This document shows positions 1 to 11,200 of a DNA stretch of 64,000 nt, piece after piece. Position numbers and translations under genes: made by a program. Every line of letters starts with the position of its first letter. Within the stretch, counting starts at the first letter, position 1. Below the pieces are notes generated by a model. That model saw only the letters and a list, made by a program, of their open reading frames with translations, was not told the DNA's origin and searched no databases. Source of the stretch: Magallana gigas (Eukaryota); the NCBI RefSeq assembly GCF_963853765.1, contig NC_088858.1:3286001-3350000 (forward strand), read 5' to 3'.

Positions 1-2239
1 ACTGCAAACCAATAACCTCTGAAGAAATTTGACCTGTGTAATACTTATGTGTTTATGTGTGTGAACCACAGTAAACAAGCTTTAATACGGCCTGATTCTT
101 CATAAGTTCTGCCCCACCATGACAGATAAATTCCCATGGAGTTCAGAAAACTGTCGTCTTCCTGGTGATCAATAAAATTGATTGATTTTTTGGGTGACCT
201 TCTGTTTGACCTGTACAGGGTGTTGGGGGTGAGTTGAGGATTTGTGTCCTGTGAAGAGGTCTTACTCGTGGTGACAAGCCCTAACTCACGGCACACGGGC
301 GTCTGTGTGTGACAGATGGCTTGGGAAGTCTGTCTAAAGGGATTACTGGTACATGTATAGCTGGAGCTGTCGTACATACAAGACGAACGTTGAGCCGATT
401 TATATAAGTATTTATGAGTGGTCGAAAGAGAGCAATGAAGTTGACAACGTAGCGAAGTCTTTAGCTCTTATTTGTGTTGGAGTACAGTAGGTTATAGTGG
501 ATGTTCGAAGAAGGTTGAATTCAAACATCATACAAATACAAGACTCTGAACCCCACCATATTAACATAGGTGTTTTCTGAAACAATATGATAAACTTCTC
601 AGTGAGACTACAGGGATGTAAAAAATCCATCATTTTGATCCTATAGTGATAATTGTATTGATTGGTGAAAGTAAACTGTCTTATACTGATAGTTACAGCA
701 TATAATTGTATATTAAAAGCACAAGTTTGGGAAGTGGGAAAATGTCTGTATCAACTATTGCTTGCTTGTTTATTCACCAATAAAACAATGAAGAAGTCAG
801 ACAGACAGGTTAGGATAGGAATGAAGTTAATGATTAACACATGGTCAAACATTTCCTGTACAGTGTCCACGTGACTGACAGAAATGTGCCAAATCAGCAT
901 TTTATGCCCTGTACATATATACCATTACAGGCACTCAACACACTCTGATCTATTGATTTGAGAGACAATGTATTTGTTAGGATATACCACATACATGTAT
1001 AAATTTTCTATAATTTTAATGTCACATATAGGCAGATCTCTGTTCTTTGGGAGGGCTTTATTGGGGTGACTAGCTGTGTTAATACCAAACCACTCTGATA
1101 ATTGCCAAGTTAGTGTATTGTGTACCAAAGGGGTCTGGATCTTTCTATGTTGGACACCTTTGGGGATGACCTTTTTCATACTCTCAGGTTACTGGTGTGA
1201 TGTATGTGAGGTATTGGGGGACCACCCCACGCATTATTTGTGTAACTGTAGAGACCCCATTGAAGAGTAATTGACCCAGTTTGTTGTCCATAGGTACACC
1301 CCAGAATCCTGATCTACTTGTGTCGTACTGCCTATTGTCCCATTGTACACACCTGTGCTCTATTACCTGTAGTTTGTCTGTAGTCTGTGTATTGAAGATC
1401 CCTCTGCTGGCCTGGTCATTGTTCATGTCATTAGGAGTTTCTGGTTGGCTGAATTCCTCACTGGAATGTTGGTCCTTTATTGTCTAAGTACTTGCCTCAT
1501 TAGGATAACTCATTGTCACAGATATAAAGATATCTGAGTTAAGTCACTGACACGCATTATTGTAAACCCTGGTGAGATATCTAGTTAGGACCAGTGAATT
1601 TTTCAACACTGATGTCTTATGATGAATATTGTTTTTTTATTCATTTATTTGATGATTTGAATTCAATTGAAAAACTTTTTCATATATGTAAATTTCACCA
1701 GGTTTTAAGGACTGGGTGGATAGGGGTGGGCTCAGATAAATAGGGTTGGCATTGAAATCTAGTTGTTTATCCATTCACCACATTTGTTTTGTCCTCTGTT
1801 ACAATAGCTTAAGATGTCAATATAATTTTAATTACTTGTAATTTACAAGGAATGTTTGCACAATAAAAGTAACAATTGCTAAAATAATCAGTTAAAGAAA
1901 CAATTGTATTAGTCAAGGTCATTGCAATTTGTGAAGAAAGTATTATGCTCCACCTTAAGATTGAATGAGTCTGATTTTTTTCTTAAAAAAAGAATAGGTA
2001 TCTCTTTTGATTAATTTTAAAATGGCAAATGTTAAGATCATATGTATTGCATTTAATTAGAATTTCATTGAATAATTTTAAGTTAACATTATGTAAAGCT
2101 TGATCTATTCTCATGCTTCAAAAGTAATTTTTTATGCATTTCATTTTTCCTTCATTAGCGAACACTCTATGCATATAAATCATGTTGATATTACATGTAC
2201 TCAGATAAACACTTTATTCTAATGTTTCTTCCAATTAAG

Positions 2240-5200
2240 ATGTGTTGTGGTTTTGTTCAACCCGCGGCGCAACAAGCAGTCTCACATCTTCAACACCTCC
2301 AAGAAAACCATCACCTCCCTGGCCTTCTCTCCTGATGGCAAGCAGCTTGTTACTGGGGAGGTAAGTGTAATAGTCATAGACATGTTATACAGGGGAGGTA
2401 AGTGTAATAGTCTTGTTACTGGGGAGGTAGGTGTAATAGTCATAGACGTGTTATACAGGGGAGGTAGGTGTAATAGTCATAGACATGTTATACAGGGGAG
2501 GTAAGTGTAATAGTCAGACATGTTATACAGGGGAGGTAAGTGTAATAGTCATAGACATGTTATACAGGGGAGGTAAGTGTAATAGTCTTGTTAATGGGGA
2601 GGTAGGTGTAATAGTCATAGACGTGTTATACAGGGGAGGTAGGTGTAATAGTCATAGACATGTTATACAGGGGAGGTAAGTGTAATAGTCAGACATGTTA
2701 TACAGGGGAGGTAAGTGTAATGGTCATAGACATGTTATACAGGGGAGGTAAGTGTAATAGTCTTGTTACTGGGGAGGTAGGTGTAATAGTCGTAGACATG
2801 TTATACAGGGGAGGTAAGTGTAATAGTCTTGTTACTGGGGAGGTAGGTGTAATAGTCATAGACATGTTATACAGGGGAGGTAAGTGTAATGGTCATAGAC
2901 ATGTTATACAGGGGAGGTAGGTGTAATAGTCATAGACATGTTATACAGGGGAGGTAAGTGTAATAGTCTTGTTACTGGGGAGGTAGGTGTAATAGTCGTA
3001 GACATGTTATACAGGGGAGGTAAGTGTAATAGTCTTGTTACTGGGGAGGTAGGTGTAATAGTCATAGACATGTTATACAGGGGAGGTAAGTGTAATAGTC
3101 AGACATGTTATACAGGGGAGGTAAGTGTAATAGTCATAGACGTGTTACAGATTATCGCAAAAACTTCAGGAGAAGGGGTAAATTTTCACTGGAAAGGTTT
3201 AGTATTACTGACCATATGTAAATTAATTAAGATAAAATAAAGTACTGGTACTATTTATTTGAGTAATTAGTATTGAAGCAAGTTGACTAACTGTGGAATC
3301 ATCATTGTTTGTGGTGGACCAATGTTCATGGCTTTCGTGGGTAGCTCTTGCCCATATACATCCCCATGAATGTATAAACAATCATTTGTTTAATATTTAT
3401 TAAAGTATCCCAATTACACTACCAACGAAATTACATCCACGAACCAGTAAAATTTTGTCTACCCATGAACATCGACCACCACAAATAAAAATAATTCCAC
3501 AGTAAGCAATGCGCTCATATTTTAAGTCCTCCTACTTTCTATTGATAGATTATGGTATTGGACAGTCTGCATAATGACATTGTTGCAAGCCAGGGGTTTT
3601 GTTTGTGGAAATAGAAAGAACACAAAACCTGTGGCTTGTGACGATTGCATAATGGCTGTTGATTAGATATTAGACTTTTCAGATGTATTTTTGAATTTAA
3701 ACTTTAAACTTTTCCTGCAAAAAGTAAGATAAGTGAAACCAGTCCTTAGAATTTTTTATTTATATAAGTGAGCTACATACTTTTCTCTCTGTGGTAACAG
3801 ACTGGCCACCAGCCGGCAGTGCGAGTGTGGGATGTGGCGGAGAAAACACAAGTGGCAGAATTCCACGGACACAAGTTCGGAATTGTCTGTGTTGTAAGTA
3901 CTAATATTTCATCACAAACTTCAATCTGGTTTCTTGTTATATTATGAAATCATAAAAAAGTACCAGTAATTAATATTCAATGGAGAAGTAAATGATTGTG
4001 ACTTGAATGGTTGTTGTGTACTATAATGTTTGTTTACAAATAGTTATAATGAATATATTGTAGAAATTTTCACCCTCCCTGAAGCACCTGGTGTCTGTGG
4101 GATCCCAGCATGATATGATGGTCAATGTATGGAACTGGAAAACAGGCACCAAAGTAGCATCTAACAAAATCAGTAGTAAGGTGGGTCACCGATATTCTTA
4201 CTTCTGCCAGCTCAGAGTTTAATAAAAATGGTTCCGGTTCAGAGCTTGTTTGAAGGCTTTGGTAGGGAGAGGGAGAACTAAGACTCTTTTGCAGAGAAAG
4301 CAAGAGAAGTAACTCGTGCTCAAAAATACATTTTGGCTGGAAAATAAAGTATTAGCTGGTCATTAGATAAAGTTATGGTTGGTCATTAAATAAAGTTTTT
4401 GTTTTTGCAGCTGACCATGACTTTTCCTCCATTGTAGGTTAACTCCATTGCTTTCTCTAAAGATGGTTCCATGTTTGTCACAGTTGGAAATCGTCATGTC
4501 AAATTCTGGTATTTGGATAGCAGTAAAACAAAGGTATGTCTTTGTCTGAAATTTCCTTCATAACTCAAGAATAATACAACTGAAAACAAAACTCCTTTTT
4601 TAATTACCTTGTAGTAGTCTGTTTTAAAAATAGTTTTATCTTGCATTTCTCTTTAGATAAATGAGACTGTGCCTCTCCAAGGAAGGAATGGTATTCTAGG
4701 AGACCACAAAAATAACTACTTCTCTGATGTTGCCTGTGGAAAGGCAGTGTATGCTATCACACAGACCGGGCTACTGTGTCAGTTCAACGACAAACGTCAA
4801 CTTGACAAGTGGGTGGAGCTACGGGTAAGTCTGAAGTTCAGTCCAATCAACATGTAATGACCCAACTCCCTCATCTGTATTTTGCTAATTAATTATATTC
4901 AGAATAGGTTTTGGGAAGTAGCAAAAATGTAGTAAATGTTTAGGCTGTTTTACATGATATATGTGGAAATGTTGATGTGGGATGTTGTTTTCTGAAGAGA
5001 ATCGCAGAGAGTGACTACAAAGTGAGTAGCTGAGTTGTCTTTCACTTTGTCACTAATGCCTGGAGTGAGGTGGGTGTTTGTCTGTTTGATCTATCATGGT
5101 TTGCAGTCCAATACAATAAGACTTTTCTGATTTCCCTTGTAAAATTTTGAATTATTAAGGAATTTGAACAGGTTTTTAGTGAAGCTCAAGATCCTAAAAG

Positions 5201-8200
5201 GTTTGTACTTAGAATTCCTCAAATGACGGTTTTTGCTGCCTGCTATTAATTATGATTATCATCCTTTGCCATTGCAGACCACCAATGCTACATGTGTTTC
5301 GGCTGGAGAGGACAACATATTTATTGGCTGTGCCAATGGTGTTGTCCGGATTTTCGATGCTGTTAATCTTAATTATGTGGCCACAATGCCCCGCCCCCAT
5401 CAGCTGGGGGTGGATGTGGCCTCAGCTCTCAGTCCCAGGTAATTAGGCCAAATCAAACAAATTCTGCTAATTGAAACTAGACCAGAAACATGCACAGTGT
5501 CTGTAGGATTAGATTTTGTGTATTTGTTGGAAAATTGAAATTCATTGATAAGTATGTTTGGCAGTCAGCTGATTTTGTGTATTTGTTGATTAATGAAAGC
5601 TTTGTATGTTTGACAGTCAGCTGATTTTGTGTATTTGTTGATTAATGAAAGCTTTGTATGTTTGACAGTCAGCTGATCTCCCAGACTGAGGATGCCAAAT
5701 TCCCCGACACAGTGGCTGTTAGCTACAACGACTTCCATAAAAAGGTACCAAGAAATAAACTAATTAAGAATTACTGATATGTTGTCAAGGATGGGAATAC
5801 ATGTAATACTGGGATGTGCATTGACTTCATTCTGTATCTGTTTAGTTATTTTCTTGTTAACAGCTATGGATATCAGGAAATGATATATTAACTGTACATA
5901 TCATCATGTGATGATTTTTAAATAATCATTGATGACTTGTATTTTAAATGCTGATTTATATTCAGTATGGTAAAAAAAATATCTATGAGTATTGTAATCT
6001 TCTTGTCCAAACAGAAACTGATGAAAATGCTGTGTGTTGTATAGAGAGTGTAGGATGTCGTGGTTTGTGTTGTAGGTGACATGTATATACAACGACCACA
6101 GTTTGTATGTGTGGGACGTCCATGATGTGAGGAAAGTCGGAAAATCATGGTCCTTCCTCTACCACAGCAGCTGTGTCTGGGGCCTGGAGGTGTGTGTATA
6201 ACTCTCTCTCTCTCTCTTTCTCTTTCTCTCATCAACTTTTATATAAGTGTACTGATAATTTTATTGTTCTTAAAATGTAGGAGTTGAATATTATATTGAA
6301 ATACTGAAATAGTCTTGTATAGAATTTTATATTCTTTCTGCATAAGAAATCCATGTGTCAATTGTGGCCACAGTTAGATATATGCATGTACATGTATTTG
6401 TATGAGTTGTCTGTCTTTGTAGGTGAATCCAGCCACAACAGAAGAAATGAGACCCATTCTGCCATCCGATTCATTCATGACGTGTTCCTCTGACGACACC
6501 ATTCGGATTTGGAATCTAGATCCTCACATGGTAGAAACTGAGAGTTCTAAAAGGAATGTGTACTCTAATGTAAGAACCTCTCACAGAGTTTACTCAAGTA
6601 GATATACAATGTACCTATTAATTACAATAATCATGCATCAACTTCTCTTGCCCAAAGTTTAAGTTTCATCCCACTGTGAATGAATTGTTGCTACTCAGAC
6701 CTACTGTTCTGATACTGTTTTTCTTTTACAGGAATTACTGAAGGTGATCTATGTAGATCCGACCTTGACCTGCCTGAAAGATGTCAATTACAACCCAGGT
6801 GTGTAATAAACTCATAGAATCTTAAAATACTTTTAATTTAACAGAATTTTGTGGGTTTATTCTTACATGTTTCCCATTTCAAATTTCACAGCTGGAGGTA
6901 CAGACAAAACAGATACAAACTATGATGGCAAGAATGGAATTAGGTCGATTGGGATCAGTCCGGATGGACGGCACTTGGCCTCTGGGGACAGGATCGGGAA
7001 TGTCAGGTATATGTAGTGGTGAAAAGAATCCTATGAGTGGACTCTGTTCTTGCATTGAAAATAGACAATCAGGCTTGCACGTGCCCCAGAAAATCCCCAA
7101 TAAAGGAAAATTGGGAATATTCTGAACATAAATAGTATAGAAAACTATGAAGTTAACCTAATGATTGATTTTTTCAGGGTTCATGACTTAATCAACATGC
7201 AAGAGATTATGAAGATAGAGGCTCATGACCAGGAAATTCTTTGTGTTCAATACTCAGATTTAAATACAGGTAAGATGTTCTGCTTGATATTCTACTCAAA
7301 GAGTAGAAATAGGAAAATCATATTACATATGTTCATTGATTTGATCATAGTTTTAAAAGACTTTGTTACAAAATAACATCCATCATTATTATATTTTGAA
7401 GTTTAATCCAAATAATAAATGGGAAAAAAAAAGAAAAGAATTCCAACAGTTTCTTATGCTTCTTTATAAAAACTTTGGAACAACGAATTTTCCATCATTT
7501 ATAGATATTTTCTATCAGACGTGACTCAATAAAGCTGATAACTGATGTTTACTGATGTTTCATTCTCAGGTCCGCAGCTGCTGGCGTCATCCAGTCGTGA
7601 CCGCCTGATCCATGTCTTTGACGTGGAGCAACGCTACGGTTTACTGCAGACCCTGGACGATCATTCCAGTTCAGTTACCGCCATAAAGTTCACGGAGAAT
7701 GACGGACAAATCAAAATGCTCAGCTCCAGCGCAGACAAGTCCGTTCTGTTCCGTAATGCACAAATGGTAAGCTGTTCAGACATATATCAGAACCATTTGA
7801 AATGCAAATAGTAATCTGTTCATACTTGCACCAGAACCATTACTCACTAGATCTTGTAAACACATTTTTATGCCTTATTCATAGAAATTTTTTTTATTAC
7901 TGATTGAATTTTTTTTTCTCCAATTTTTGTTTATTTTTTTCGGTCACATGAGATGACCCATAAAATCTTTTCCATCTGGTTTTGTAGACTCCAACATTCC
8001 AGTTTGTTCTAGCTAACCAGCATGTTGTAGGAAATAACAGCTTATATGACATGGACATTGAACCTTCCCAAAGGTTCTTAGCGACTGCATGTCAGGACAG
8101 AAACATTAGGTAACGCCATAACCAAAATCCAGCCAAGGGCAGTAACTCCTGACTACTTCTTTTCTATTCACATTTAGAAAAGCTTGTCATAGGATAAAGG

Positions 8201-11200
8201 ATAATTGTAGAAATATTATTTGAAAACAGTTTTTTAGTTGTTTGATCAACAGAAATTAGATTGCTTAAAATAATTTTAAATGCTATTGCATGTATTTCTA
8301 TTTTGCACTGTTACAGAATCTACAATATTAAATCTGCCAAGCAGAAGCAGTGTTACAAGGGAGCCGTGGGGGACAGTGGAGTCCTCCTCAAGCTCCAGCT
8401 AGATCCATCTGGTCAGTTTGCCGTCACCAGCTGTACTGACAAAAGTCTTGCCCTGCTCGACTTTAAAACTGGCGACTTGCTGGCCACCATGTTTGGTCAC
8501 TCAGAGCTGGCTACGGGGGTCAAGTTCATGCCCGACCTGAAGAGGCTCGTGTCTGTGTCCAGTGATGGCTGTATCTTTGTCTGGAGGCTGCCCCCGGAGC
8601 TGACCGAATCCATGAAGGGAAGGCTGGAGGAGATGGGGAAACTTCCAATGGAGGCGGTCAATGGGGACATCAATAGGTGGGTAGGGGGTGTGGGGACTTA
8701 GGGTAGGGGTCAGGGGTAACAAAGCTTAATGGTTGCTCACACATGTCTCTTATCATGTAGGAAACCCAATAACTATGATGAGGCACTGGGAAGAGCTCCA
8801 CTGTTTCCAAATGAAGAGGTGATAAAAACACCGACCAAGATACTGGAGGAATTACAGAAAAAGAGAGAAAAAGAACAACCAGACTTTAGATACAGTATAG
8901 GACCACTACCTAACTGGGCCAAAGCTAAGGTGAGAAAAACTGATAAATACAGTATAAGCTAACTAATCAAAAAACACTAAACACTTGTCATTATTGTTTA
9001 GAGAGTACTTAAAAGAATTACTGCTGCCATAATATTTTTAAAAATATAAAAGTTTTCTTTATCAGATGGGAGAAAATAGTAATGGACAACAGAAAGTGGA
9101 CAACAAGCCCCAGCCCCGAGGCCGATGGGCGAGGCGTATAGATAGTGGGGAGGACCTGAGTCAGCTGGAAATAGCTGAGAGCAGAGACGGTGAGTGTACT
9201 TCAGATACCATTACTGATCAGTAACCACTGTATGTCATGTTTAAATCATTGCTGCACCAGTCAGCTTGGCACAAAGTATCCTGAGGTAACTGATGTGTTA
9301 AAATAAAGGGCCACATCCTTCTCAAAAGGGGATATAAAACCCCCTGAAAAAAGTATTTCTAAGTACCAGAAATACAAATATTTACAGTAATTTTTGTTTT
9401 AAATTATATTCTTTTTAATCCTTCATATCCCTGACCAATAGTGAGGTACCAAGAATGTCCAATTCACTGAAAAGTTATACAAAAAAATTAGGAAAAAATC
9501 TTTACAAATCATCACATATACTTCAATTCGTGAAACTATTATGAAAGTTTTCCTTTCTGATATACAGTAGATAATATTTTTAAAACCATGACCCATGGCC
9601 CATATTGGTGCTCAAGACATACTTTAGACTATGTAAGATCAACTCTTTAAATATTTCCGCAATATCTTTTTTTTTTATATATTAGATTTTATTTTTCAAA
9701 CTGAGAATGCTAACCCTTTATAATTAGAGATGTAAGTATTAACTTTAGAACTGTTAATTTTTTTAGTAATGTTGCAAATGTGGCTTTTAATTGCAAGAAA
9801 GGTTGACCAAATTAACTGGTTTTAAGATATACAGCCTAAGCACAGACATAAAGAACTGCGAACACTAACGCCCGTTTCCCGCCTACATTTTACATCCAAA
9901 TATTTCGGAATTTCTATCAGATATTCAAAAACTAAGTTTTCTACTAAAAAGTATAATCAAATCCTAATCAATTTATATCAAGTCAAATCTCTTTGTTTGA
10001 CTAAATCATTTATATTTAATGACATTATACATAAATGTTTACATTATTATAAAAAAATAATTTTAATTAGACAACTTTCAAAAAATGACTTTTAGTTAGG
10101 CGGCTAGACAATGCTATCGTTCGCAGTCCTTTCTATCTGTGAAAGGGAATTGAATTTGGAACAGTGATCTTCTAAAGACTACCAGTAATTCCTTAAACAA
10201 TTTATATTCTTTTATATTATTGAATAAAATGGTACTGAAAACAGGAAAATTGTCACCGCCAATTAAGGAGGCTGTGTGGTCAACAAATTAACCATTAGAT
10301 CTACCTTAAACTTTGACATATGGTATTCAGTTGAACTTTGATATCTTGAACACAGATACCTTGAATATAATGGATATGTCAATGTAATTTGCAAGTCCCA
10401 ACCACTTATTTACCGTTGATATCTGGAATACTTGGATATCTCAAAATTTTTAAATAGTCCTGTCTAGTTCGAGATAGCAAAGTTAGATTGTATGATCTGA
10501 TATTTGTGGTCATTAACTAACAGTAAAGAAATATCCAAATATTTAAGGTGGTATGGGACATCTGTCAATATTAATGTGGATTAAAGTACATTATAATTAA
10601 AATACTTTCACCAATTTAGAATTTTCAAATTTTACAATATTTCAACAAAAAACATGTTTTAAAAATTTTTGGAATGGTAAAAATTTTAAAATCCCCAGCG
10701 GAATTCGAACTCATGACTTACAGATTCATAGTACTGGTAAATCCTCTAATCCACTGCGCTATGCTGCTTCTAGGTGACAATTGCGGGAAAGAAACTACAT
10801 GTAATTATAAAATTTAACTTGATTTGATTGTTTATTTAGATAAATAGAACATCACAACATGGAGGTGTCCCCTACCACCTTAAGCTTTAAAATGAGCGTT
10901 TTCCTAAATCCTTAAACAGAGCTCTCCTTTATAAGGACCATCCACTCCTCTTAATTCTTTTGTCATCATTGTCAGTGGGCATATTTAACTGTGGCTGATT
11001 AATAGTTCAATTTATTTTTTAAAAATTTTTGTTGGCAGATATAAAACAGGGCAACATCTTTTGCTAACAGGTGTCATTGAGAAAAAAAAAATTAAAATGA
11101 AAAACAACCAAACAAAATCAAAGAAAGAAATGAATGCTTGGGCCAAAATAACCTTCACCAAGTTATTTTTCATAAGAAAAATTTTACTTTATTGTCTCAG

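Larger units (their letters stand above)
10267..10950. mobile_element. Old TTAA-flanked (Kolobok-like) MITE containing two nested insertions
   Basis: TTAA|GGAGGCTGTGTGGTC ... GACCATCCACTCCTC|TTAA; an uninterrupted related copy is at 16516-16717. Confidence 0.7.

Noticed and set aside
45-1487. Several 60-140-codon minus-strand ORFs in the first 1.5 kb
   Set aside because: They lie in different frames, have no recognisable motif and no consistent splice chain. They cannot be supported as a nested gene or TE ORF without a search.
2346-3146. CRISPR-like appearance of regularly spaced 29-37-bp repeats
   Set aside because: The spacers are themselves repeated variants, the context is a eukaryotic intron, and there are no cas genes.
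2485-3240. Repetitive ORFs ([10 protein letters not shown]...) in the ORF track
   Set aside because: They are translations of the intronic minisatellite, not a repeat protein.
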